Part shown: piece by piece, positions 16,786-24,186 of the stretch
Layout: each line of letters begins with the position of its first letter
Numbering within the stretch: position 1 is the first letter of the stretch
DNA from: a virus
Lineage: Duplodnaviria > Caudoviricetes
Reading direction: 5' to 3' (one strand)
Virus record (IMG/VR): IMGVR_UViG_3300020042_004016
Span: 1 to 25,813 of that record
DNA: 25,813 nucleotides
Translations under genes and position numbers: made by a program
Notes under the pieces: model-generated
What the model was told of the DNA's origin: nothing
What the model saw: the letters and a program-made list of their open reading frames with translations, nothing else
Database searches by the model: none

Positions 16786-17925
16786 AACGCCTTTGTTCGT
16801 GCTTATAGATTCCATTTCGTGGTAACGCCACGCATCAATAGCGTGGTCGTTTTTTCCTTGCGGTTTATTTGTTGTTTTTCCAGTTCTGTCAACGTCCCAA
16901 CAATACCCACGAAGTTCTTTAATTAGGTTTGTGCTGTCTGAAGTTACTAAATATTCTTGTTGTTGCATTACGTCAATACCGTAGTTGATTGAATCCTTGC
17001 CTTTCGTTACGGGGTAAATTTGTAAACCTCTACGTCGTATTTCTTCAATTGATTTCGGTTCTGCTGAATCTGCATAAATAACCGCATCTTTTGGTAGTGC
17101 ATTTGCGATGTCGCCGTTAACCATTCCAGTACGGTAAAATAATTCTTTAACAATTCGTTTATCATTCCATTTGTAAACTGCAATCGCTGAAGTCGGGTCG
17201 TTGGTATATCCGAAGTCTAATCCAATTCCTAATAACCTTGCTTCGTCTGGAATAGTATCAATAGTTTGCCAATTACTGAATACAACGCCTTGTAAGTTTC
17301 CGATTTGTCCTTCACCGTAAACACGCCACCAATTAGCCCAATAATTTGACGTTTTAGCTTTCTCTTTTTTAATCATTAAATCTTCGAGCGTTTCCTTTGA
17401 AATACCTTCGTTATCTAAGTAAGTAAGTAGTAAAAATTCTGCATTGTGCTGTGGTAATATTTCAGAATGCACCCAAAATTCGTTATCAGGATTGAAGTCA
17501 ATATAGGTTTCTGCGCTCCTAATCATTAAAGCATCTGCAATAATAAAAGGAATATGGTTTGCTTCGTTTAGAAATAGAATATCACGTTTACCACTTGCTT
17601 TTGCTTTACCGTCACTATCGAACGATTTAAACTGCATTCGTGAACCGTTAGTAAAAGTATAAATCAAAGCGGAAGCGTTCCAGTTATTCTCAATCCAACG
17701 GCTTGTTTCGACCATTATTGTTTTGAAAATATCTAACGCTCCCTCTTTTACTGCTGGCAAAGTTTCTGCAACAACGGTTATTTTAATTCGTTGTTCTTTG
17801 ATTGCCCTATCGATTAAAATAGGAATTATTGCGTATGTTTTCCCTGCATTCGTGCCTCCTTGAATAACACGAATACGGGATTGCATTTTAAGTATCTTGT
17901 TGACCGCCGATGTTCTCTTGAACAT
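16771..17925 (-). CDS. terL: Terminase large subunit (PBSX/Terminase_3-like)
   Basis: Walker A QGGTNAGKT, Walker B ILFLNEAN, DFNP coupling motif, nuclease motifs GLDFGYTNDP, ADSAEP and HAIDAWRY. Confidence 0.95.
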   Translation of the reverse strand: MFKRTSAVNKILKMQSRIRVIQGGTNAGKTYAIIPILIDRAIKEQRIKITVVAETLPAVKEGALDIFKTIMVETSRWIENNWNASALIYTFTNGSRMQFKSFDSDGKAKASGKRDILFLNEANHIPFIIADALMIRSAETYIDFNPDNEFWVHSEILPQHNAEFLLLTYLDNEGISKETLEDLMIKKEKAKTSNYWANWWRVYGEGQIGNLQGVVFSNWQTIDTIPDEARLLGIGLDFGYTNDPTSAIAVYKWNDKRIVKELFYRTGMVNGDIANALPKDAVIYADSAEPKSIEEIRRRGLQIYPVTKGKDSINYGIDVMQQQEYLVTSDSTNLIKELRGYCWDVDRTGKTTNKPQGKNDHAIDAWRYHEMESISTNKGVYNIY

Positions 17926-18274
17926 AACTATTAAATACTTTTTTTAGTTCACTAATCCTATCTAATAAGCAACTACCACAAGTTGTAAATTCAGCGTGTT
18001 TGTTGAACGTGCTTGTGTAAATTTGGTTTAATCGGTATTGTACTGTTGGAACAACTGAACCTCTTGTAACTTCAAAAAATTCCTTTAGAAAGTTGTAATC
18101 TTGTTCGCTTAAACAGTTAGGTTTTGAATAAGGGAATAGTTTGTTTAACGCTTCCTTTCGTTGTTCGCAACCGCAGTCAGTTCCTGCTACAAATTTAACA
18201 AGTGCTTTTATTCCCGTTGCTGTTGTGATTTGGTCGATAGTATCCCCTAATCCTTGTGCTTTTTTTCGTGCCAT
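17888..18274 (-). CDS. Hypothetical Cys-containing protein
   Basis: 128 aa; GLGDTI..IT.ATGIK, DCGC and CGSC motifs suggest metal binding. Confidence 0.75.
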   Translation of the reverse strand: MARKKAQGLGDTIDQITTATGIKALVKFVAGTDCGCEQRKEALNKLFPYSKPNCLSEQDYNFLKEFFEVTRGSVVPTVQYRLNQIYTSTFNKHAEFTTCGSCLLDRISELKKVFNSYVQENIGGQQDT

Positions 18275-18798
18275 TATATCAATTCTAAATCGTTATTAAT
18301 TAAATCTAAATAATCGTCTCCACAATTAATTCTAATCTTTTCTTTACATTCCCCTATTACTTCAAAGATTGAACGTAAACTAATATCCGTTCCGTTGGCT
18401 ATATCTCGCATCGAATGGTTGCCAGTAAGATACAATCTAAATAGTGTTTGGTCGTAACTATGCCAGTTGTTTATTTCTATGTTAATCTTTGCTCTAAATC
18501 TATTTTGTGCTTCGTAAAATTCGCTATTATCAACGTCTGCAATTTCCAAAGGTAAATTATTTATCTTAGATATTTGCTTTTTTGCTTTTATAAAATTTAA
18601 GAATATAGATTTAAGGGTTAAGTGAATAAAGTATTGGTTTATTTTTCCGTCAACGATTATGTCTTCAGGTCGCTTGTTTCGGTCTAATCGCAAGTACATT
18701 TCTTGTACCAAATCTTCAGCGTAAAAATACTCGCCAAACTTGTTAATCGTTCGGACGTAATCTTTATGGTGTTTAGCTATTTCGCCTAACCATTCCAT
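18274..18798 (-). CDS. Phage-encoded ECF-like RNA polymerase sigma factor
   Basis: Region-2 signature AEDLVQEMYL and region-4 HTH SMRDIANGTDISLRSIF in 174 aa. Confidence 0.8.
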   Translation of the reverse strand: MEWLGEIAKHHKDYVRTINKFGEYFYAEDLVQEMYLRLDRNKRPEDIIVDGKINQYFIHLTLKSIFLNFIKAKKQISKINNLPLEIADVDNSEFYEAQNRFRAKINIEINNWHSYDQTLFRLYLTGNHSMRDIANGTDISLRSIFEVIGECKEKIRINCGDDYLDLINNDLELI

Positions 18799-19212
18799 TT
18801 ATTCTTCGGGAAATAAAGGTTGTTCTATAATCGTTGTTTCTGTTGATTCTTTCAATCCGTTTAATCGTTGTGTTATGCTTGGATTGTAAAACCCTAATAA
18901 ACCGCCAGTTATTTGGTCTTGACGGATTTCTTGTTTTATATGCGAACAGATAGCAACGAAATCATTGTATAATTTATCTTTATTATCAAAATATTGACCT
19001 ACGCAACCATAATTATTATAGCAAAATATCTCAAACCCCTCTTTAGTGTAAGGTACTTTTTGCGGTTCTTCAACTCGTTCTCCGTCTTTACCTACAAAGT
19101 GAACTTTAACCCACTTAAAAGATTCTTGTTTAACGTGTTCTTTGTATTCAATCCACGCATTTAAAAGTTCTTCGGGTGTTTTGAATATTCTTGTTGGGTG
19201 TGGTTTTTTCAT
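18799..19212 (-). CDS. terS: Terminase small subunit (P22 gp3-like)
   Basis: RIFKTPEEL...Y N-terminus, PYT.EGF and G.YNPSITQRLNGL motifs; upstream of terL. Confidence 0.7.
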   Translation of the reverse strand: MKKPHPTRIFKTPEELLNAWIEYKEHVKQESFKWVKVHFVGKDGERVEEPQKVPYTKEGFEIFCYNNYGCVGQYFDNKDKLYNDFVAICSHIKQEIRQDQITGGLLGFYNPSITQRLNGLKESTETTIIEQPLFPEE

Positions 19213-19751
19213 TCTATTGGTATTAAGTTTTGTATTTCAGTTTGGAACGTTTCAAAGTCTATCCATTTACAAAGGTAGTAAATTCCACCGTCGTTTTCTA
19301 TTTCTGTTTTTCTTTTTAATTGTGATTCTCTAATTTGGTCTTTTCCAATTTTTACTTCCAAAGATAAAAACTTTCCGTTAACAATTCCCTCGACGTCTGA
19401 AAGCCCTTTATTTGAACTTGGAATAAATCCAATTCCTTTGCGATATTTCCCTTCGCTTGAAATCCTGCGTATTGATTTACTGTTATAAACGTAACGCAAA
19501 TAATCTACGATTAGATTTGTTATTTCGTTGGTGTTTGCGTTTGGAATTTTTTTAGTTTCTTTTTTCTGAATAACAAATTCGTAAGGAATACCGTTTTCCG
19601 TTTGCCGAACCTCAACTAATCGTTTTTTAACAATACGTTTTTTATCTAAGTCGTACTTTTTAAAAGTAACTTTTGACGCTGGCATAGTTGTATTTAAACA
19701 GTCAATTAAATGTACGTAATCAATAAATTGTTTAAGGGTGTATGGTTTCAT
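19209..19751 (-). CDS. VRR-NUC/PD-(D/E)XK nuclease (resolvase-like)
   Basis: GLSDVEG...LEVKIGKD..RESQ...GGIY motif. Confidence 0.8.
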   Translation of the reverse strand: MKPYTLKQFIDYVHLIDCLNTTMPASKVTFKKYDLDKKRIVKKRLVEVRQTENGIPYEFVIQKKETKKIPNANTNEITNLIVDYLRYVYNSKSIRRISSEGKYRKGIGFIPSSNKGLSDVEGIVNGKFLSLEVKIGKDQIRESQLKRKTEIENDGGIYYLCKWIDFETFQTEIQNLIPIE

Positions 19752-19963
19752 TGTTGTATTTGTATTTCGTAATCTGCAAAACTTTCGTTATCGTCTAAAT
19801 AACCGCTTAACTTTACTAAAAGTAATCCTTTTTCTTCTGCTTGTTGAATAAACTTTTTTAAACATCTTTGGGTTAATAAATTGCTTTTATCGAAGTGTTT
19901 AAACTTAATACAGAACTCTTCGTATTTATCTAAACTTAGTTCAAATGTTAAATTGTCTGTCAT
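19748..19963 (-). CDS. Hypothetical protein
   Basis: 71 aa; ATGA overlaps at both ends. Confidence 0.65.
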   Translation of the reverse strand: MTDNLTFELSLDKYEEFCIKFKHFDKSNLLTQRCLKKFIQQAEEKGLLLVKLSGYLDDNESFADYEIQIQQ

Positions 19964-20091
19964 ATCGTTTCTATTTTAAATTCACGTGAATAATTACCAG
20001 TTGCAATTAGTTGTTTCTTTTTCCAAAGTGCTAATTGACGGCTCGGAAAATACCAAACTTGAAAGTTAGCGTAAATTAGTTTATAAGTCAT
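19960..20091 (-). CDS. Small protein (43 aa) not in the ORF track
   Basis: MTYKLIYANFQVWYFPSRQLALWKKKQLIATGNYSREFKIETI*; ATGA overlaps at both ends. Confidence 0.7.
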   Translation of the reverse strand: MTYKLIYANFQVWYFPSRQLALWKKKQLIATGNYSREFKIETI

Positions 20092-20417
20092 TTGATATTT
20101 ATTTTATACGCTTCAAACTTCTGTTTCATTTGCTCGTTTTGTAACTCCAAATCACGAATATAACTTTGCGATTTATTAAAATATTCCTGAATTAAAAGTA
20201 AACGGTTTAATGTTTTCTCAAATTTCTGAATTGTTTTAACGTTAGGTAAATCTTCCTTTTGCTTCGTTATTAAATTACGTTCAACTTCTATAATAATATC
20301 GTTAAGGAAATAACCACTATGTTTATATTGCGTTTCCATTATCCAACTCATATCAAGTTTTCGCCACGCTTTTTCTATTTCGTGCGTTTCTTCTAAAATC
20401 TGTTTTACTGAAATCAT
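20088..20417 (-). CDS. Hypothetical coiled-coil protein
   Basis: 109 aa; ATGA overlap with the helicase gene. Confidence 0.7.
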   Translation of the reverse strand: MISVKQILEETHEIEKAWRKLDMSWIMETQYKHSGYFLNDIIIEVERNLITKQKEDLPNVKTIQKFEKTLNRLLLIQEYFNKSQSYIRDLELQNEQMKQKFEAYKINIK

Positions 20418-21841
20418 ATTCCTGCTTTTTTATTTAGTTCGTCCCAAATTTCAACTTTCTTTGTTTTTTCTACAATAAAGAATTTCAAAACTCCACTTGA
20501 CGTTCTTTCTTCAAATGGAATATTATAAAATTGCAAATAAGCTTTTAAATTAATTGTTAAACGGTTTTGAGTATATCCAAACTTTTTTAATTCTGGATAA
20601 GAAATCATAAATTTATCATAAATATCTTTAATTGAAACCCAATCGTTTTTGGTAATTGTTTCAACAAATGTAAATAATTCATTTCCAATTTTATCTTTTA
20701 GCTTTCTAATTCCTAAATTCTTAGGTGCTGATTTCACCAAACCACTTGTTAAATATTTCTTTACGCATTCAATCATATAATTATCAAATCGCGCCCATTC
20801 TTGAGCGTCCCAATCGTTAAATAATTCATTCTTAAAATAGTCTTTAGGTGTGTTATTTGCATTAAAGAAAGTACTTAGTTCAACTTCAAACTTTCGTGCT
20901 TCGTGTGAACCTGAATCGCCCTTTACAGTGTAATTTGTAGTAATTAAAATCTTTGGGCTTTCTTCAATTGGTAAATGAATTGCATCTTTACCTTTGTATT
21001 CAATTGTTAAACCCTCCGTAATTACGCTAAATAGTTTTTCAAATGGAAAGTTTCTTATAATATCGTCAAAAACTAAAACTTGGCAATCCGTTGAAACACT
21101 TTGATAAGGAAAAGATTTTCCAAAGCTAAACGTTTTTCCGTCAATAGATTGAACTTTCTTAAGGTTCTTTAAAGCATTCCAAAATAAACCTTTACCGCTC
21201 CTACCGTTTGGTTCATCTGAAATCATTTCATCGTTTAAAACTATTGCAAAGTTATCTGTTTTTGATTTATACGAGTGAATTAAGTAACCTATAATAGATT
21301 GAAACGTATTATATCTGTTTACATCTTCACCGCTAATTTTCCAAATAAATTCACGATACTGCGATTTATGGTGGTCGCATTCGGTATAATCACGTTTAAT
21401 AATTTGGTCTTTCCATATTGAAATACTTACATCGTTGTATTCAATTAATTCACGTTTATCTTTTGTAGTTTTTACAATACAATTTTTATAAAACAAATAG
21501 CTTGTATCTCGGTCGTCTTTGAATATTTCAATATCAATACTATTTATCATTGATAAAAATTCACGTTTAAAAAACTTTAAGTTACCAGACATAAGATTAA
21601 AAACCCTATCTTCAATATTATTATTTTCAATGTAATCTAAAACGAAATCCTTTACATCAACTTCGTTTATAATTTCTAAAAATATACCGTTCTTTTGAAT
21701 TATAACAAATGAACTTGAAGCATCTTTTGTTGGTTTATATTTATAAAAATTATTATCTGAAAGAAATTGTTTAAATAACTTATTGTTTAACGATGGAACT
21801 CCTTTTTCAGTAAAACTCCAAAACTCTATTTGTTTATTCAT
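20414..21841 (-). CDS. SF3/D5-like P-loop helicase (primase-helicase C-terminal part)
   Basis: Walker A NGRSGKG, Walker B VLVFDD, motif C ILITTN, and an ARKF arginine-finger-like segment. Confidence 0.8.
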   Translation of the reverse strand: MNKQIEFWSFTEKGVPSLNNKLFKQFLSDNNFYKYKPTKDASSSFVIIQKNGIFLEIINEVDVKDFVLDYIENNNIEDRVFNLMSGNLKFFKREFLSMINSIDIEIFKDDRDTSYLFYKNCIVKTTKDKRELIEYNDVSISIWKDQIIKRDYTECDHHKSQYREFIWKISGEDVNRYNTFQSIIGYLIHSYKSKTDNFAIVLNDEMISDEPNGRSGKGLFWNALKNLKKVQSIDGKTFSFGKSFPYQSVSTDCQVLVFDDIIRNFPFEKLFSVITEGLTIEYKGKDAIHLPIEESPKILITTNYTVKGDSGSHEARKFEVELSTFFNANNTPKDYFKNELFNDWDAQEWARFDNYMIECVKKYLTSGLVKSAPKNLGIRKLKDKIGNELFTFVETITKNDWVSIKDIYDKFMISYPELKKFGYTQNRLTINLKAYLQFYNIPFEERTSSGVLKFFIVEKTKKVEIWDELNKKAGI

Positions 21842-22098
21842 AAGTTAAGGTTTAATAGTTTTTCAATATTAACTCTTACTCCTATTGCATTACTTATATT
21901 TTCAATTAAAAATAAATTATTAGCCATTAATTTTGCAAATTCTAAATCGTTTAATTTAGTTTTAAAATGCTCATTAAATCTTTCTTTATATAAATAATGA
22001 ATATCTAAATATTTGTGTAAATCACTACAAAGTTGCTTTACTTCATTTGTAAACTCTTCGCCGTTTACTTCAATTTCTGTAATCTTAATTTTAATCAT
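21838..22098 (-). CDS. Hypothetical protein, first gene of the replication operon
   Basis: 86 aa; coupled (ATGA) to the helicase gene. Confidence 0.7.
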   Translation of the reverse strand: MIKIKITEIEVNGEEFTNEVKQLCSDLHKYLDIHYLYKERFNEHFKTKLNDLEFAKLMANNLFLIENISNAIGVRVNIEKLLNLNL

Positions 22099-22099
22099 T

Positions 22100-22224
22100 C
22101 CCGAACAATTTTAAAAGATAAAAGCCCATTAATCTTTCGTGGTTCGGGCACTACTTAATTAATGAGCTTTCAAGAATACTTTCTGTTACTCTTTGCTGAT
22201 AAACCGAACTATCAACATTAACGT
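22100..22224 (-). ncRNA. Structured 5' leader with two hairpins and complementary loops
   Basis: Hairpin 22216-22195 (loop region GTTCGG); hairpin 22170-22121 (apical loop CCCGAAC); GTTCGGG at 22106-22100, 1 nt before the ATG. Confidence 0.65.
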
Positions 22225-22227
22225 CCA

Positions 22228-22235
22228 CAAATATA
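22228..22235 (-). promoter_or_regulatory. Bacteroidota-type -7 promoter element
   Basis: TATATTTG directly upstream of the structured leader. Confidence 0.65.
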
Positions 22236-22256
22236 AAAACAATTTTTAATATAAAC

Positions 22257-22580
22257 ATAGGAAAAGTTTAAAAAAGTTTTAATAAAAAAGTTTTACTACT
22301 TAACTATTTGATATTTAAGAACTTACAAACCAATAGGAAAACTTCATTTTACAAACTTTTACTATCTAAAATATTGTTAATCAATTACTTAACTACAAAA
22401 AGTAAAAGTTTGCATCGAATTTTAAAAAAATATTTTGCCGAACATTCCGTTATATTATAAAGAGTTGGGTTTTCACTCAAAACTTTTACTTTTCGCTGTA
22501 ACTCATTGAACATCAATACTAAATATAGGAAAAGTTTGCTCTTAAAAACTTTTCTAAACTTTTATAGTTTTACTATTTTA
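22257..22580. repeat. Putative replication origin: three inverted-repeat modules plus AAAAGTTT-type iterons
   Basis: Arm pairs at 22289-97/22335-43, 22353-63/22401-11 and 22480-90/22527-37 with spacers of 37, 37 and 36 bp; direct repeat ATAGGAAAAGTTT at 22257 and 22525; non-coding and upstream of the helicase operon. Confidence 0.65.
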
Positions 22581-22606
22581 GTTGAATGTTGCGAAAATAA
22601 CGCATA

Positions 22607-22636
22607 AAAAAACCCCTACAACTATTTGCAGGGGTT
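22607..22636 (-). terminator. Intrinsic terminator of the recombination operon
   Basis: AACCCCTGCAA-ATAG-TTGTAGGGGTT followed by a U tract, ~20 nt after the stop of 22655..23128. Confidence 0.85.
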
Positions 22637-22654
22637 AAATTAATTCAAATCGTG

Positions 22655-23128
22655 TTACCTGAATTTAACCATCAAACTATCTTTATTATAGCTAATTGAT
22701 ACTTTCGGAACTTCAACGCCCTCGTTATCGAATAGCATTGTTTGTTTCTGCGCAACCTTTAAAAGTTCCTCGCGTGCTTTTAAATTAGCTTGTAAGTTAG
22801 TGTAAACCAAATCTTCTGAATAGTTTAATTTCTTTGCTCCGTCTTTACGTGTAAATTCTACGTTTCCGAAAGTAAAAGTTTTCGCCGTGTATTTTTCCGC
22901 TTCGTCACGTGCCATTTCATCAATCTTAACTTTTGCTTCCTTAAATAGTTTTTCAAGTTTGTTAAATGAAGCAAACGCATCTAAGGGGTTTACTACTCCA
23001 TTTTCAACGGCTTCAACTATTGCGTTAATACCTTGCGTTGTTTTCTCGATAACGTTCTTCGGCTGTGCGGTTTCGTAATCGTGCTGTTTTGCTTGTTGGT
23101 CAATATCGACCTGTTCTAAATGTTCCAT
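22655..23128 (-). CDS. Hypothetical protein of the recombination module
   Basis: 157 aa, helical; GVVNPLDA and GVEVPKVS motifs; downstream of erf. Confidence 0.75.
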   Translation of the reverse strand: MEHLEQVDIDQQAKQHDYETAQPKNVIEKTTQGINAIVEAVENGVVNPLDAFASFNKLEKLFKEAKVKIDEMARDEAEKYTAKTFTFGNVEFTRKDGAKKLNYSEDLVYTNLQANLKAREELLKVAQKQTMLFDNEGVEVPKVSISYNKDSLMVKFR

Positions 23129-23130
23129 AT

Positions 23131-23226
23131 TTATTGTTTGTTTTTAGCTCGTAAATAATTCAAATATAATTCAATGTTAAAATGTCCTCGCTTATTCCAG
23201 TAACTTTCGATATCTGCTAAATTCAT
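23131..23226 (-). CDS. Small peptide (31 aa) not in the ORF track
   Basis: MNLADIESYWNKRGHFNIELYLNYLRAKNKQ*; ATGA overlap with erf; stop 2 nt before the next ATG. Confidence 0.6.
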   Translation of the reverse strand: MNLADIESYWNKRGHFNIELYLNYLRAKNKQ

Positions 23227-23735
23227 TTCTTAAGATTTAAAAGTTCAATGTTCTGAGTTCCTGTAAATATAAACTTTTCCTTAGCTTGTTCAATGGTTCT
23301 TTTACCGTCTAAAATAGCTTGCTTAATAGTTTCGAACGTTGGCGCGTCGCATTCAATCTTTTGCACTTTAACAGGTTGCGAAGCGTGTTGCCCGTCGTCG
23401 TCGATTGCTTGCAAAGTTAAAAGTGACAAAGTGTAACGACGAAAATAGGTAATTTGACTACCGAGTGCTTGGGCTGTAAGTCCTGGAGTTAAATCAATGT
23501 AGCTTTCTACAAATGTAGCATCTTCAACGTTTGTTATTACGGTGAATACCTTGCCGTCTTTAATCGGTTGTAAAAGCAATAAACCCTTTTCAAGTAGTAT
23601 CGGTTCAACCGCATCGATTAAAGCGTTTAAATCGGCATAAGTGTTTTTAAAATGCGGGTTTTTAGCATTCTTTGCTACTTTTCCGATTTCTTGTTTTGCT
23701 TCGTAAAGCTTTTGATAAATGTTTTTCTTTTCCAT
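23223..23735 (-). CDS. erf: ERF-family single-strand annealing protein
   Basis: KNAKNPHFKNTYADL and Q.LGSQITYFRRYTL...DDDG signature. Confidence 0.92.
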   Translation of the reverse strand: MEKKNIYQKLYEAKQEIGKVAKNAKNPHFKNTYADLNALIDAVEPILLEKGLLLLQPIKDGKVFTVITNVEDATFVESYIDLTPGLTAQALGSQITYFRRYTLSLLTLQAIDDDGQHASQPVKVQKIECDAPTFETIKQAILDGKRTIEQAKEKFIFTGTQNIELLNLKK

Positions 23736-23749
23736 AATTGTGTTTTTTA

Positions 23750-23757
23750 CAAATTTA
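23750..23757 (-). promoter_or_regulatory. Bacteroidota-type -7 promoter element for erf
   Basis: TAAATTTG 14 nt before the erf ATG. Confidence 0.6.
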
Positions 23758-23766
23758 AAGTTAAAT

Positions 23767-23800
23767 AACCGTTCATCGCTTGGTTATGTGATGAACGGTT
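23767..23800. terminator. Strong hairpin between ssb and erf (terminator or operator)
   Basis: AACCGTTCATC-N12-GATGAACGGTT, a perfect 11-bp inverted repeat with only a weak U tract. Confidence 0.55.
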
Positions 23801-23818
23801 GTATAGGTTTATAAGTGG

Positions 23819-24169
23819 TTAAAATGGAAGCCCGTCGCCGTCATCTTCAATTTGGTCAATGCGTGCTTTGTCCTGAATACTTTCTCCGTTACCATCTATG
23901 CGTTCAAGTCGCCACGCTTCTAACGTATTGAAATACCTTACTTCGCCTGCAGGGGACGTCCATTCGCGACCTCTTAAATTAAAGCTAACTTCTACTTGGT
24001 TTCCTAATTGGTACACGTCCAAATAATCGCATTTGTCTTGCGTTAGTTGAAACATTACTAACTGCGGATATTGGTCTTTTGTTTCGATTACGAATTCCCT
24101 CTTTGAGAATTTCTCGCTAATTACTTGTGTTTGGTTTGCTACCTTGAGCGTTCCGTTAATTTTAAACAT
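23819..24169 (-). CDS. DUF3127-type single-stranded DNA-binding protein
   Basis: FSKREFVI, YPQ, FNLRGREW and YFNTLEAWR motifs with an acidic tail ending DGLPF. Confidence 0.88.
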   Translation of the reverse strand: MFKINGTLKVANQTQVISEKFSKREFVIETKDQYPQLVMFQLTQDKCDYLDVYQLGNQVEVSFNLRGREWTSPAGEVRYFNTLEAWRLERIDGNGESIQDKARIDQIEDDGDGLPF

Positions 24170-24186
24170 ATATTTGTTTTTATTGA

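Noticed and set aside
22438-22443. Additional CCGAAC copy within the origin-like region
   Set aside because: Only 6 bp and upstream of the leader promoter, so it cannot be tied to the RNA switch.
22257-22580. Possible CRISPR mini-array, given the 36-37 bp spacers
   Set aside because: The repeats are short inverted arms rather than 23-47 bp direct repeats, the spacers share a motif, and there are no cas genes.
22572-22593. CGCAAC-N11-ATAGTAA after the terminator, resembling the late promoter
   Set aside because: The spacer is 2-3 nt shorter than in the four good copies, the -10 is imperfect, and no ORF follows.
23161-23168. TATATTTG promoter-like octamer
   Set aside because: It lies inside the 31-aa ORF (L-Y-L codons) and may be coincidental in AT-rich DNA.
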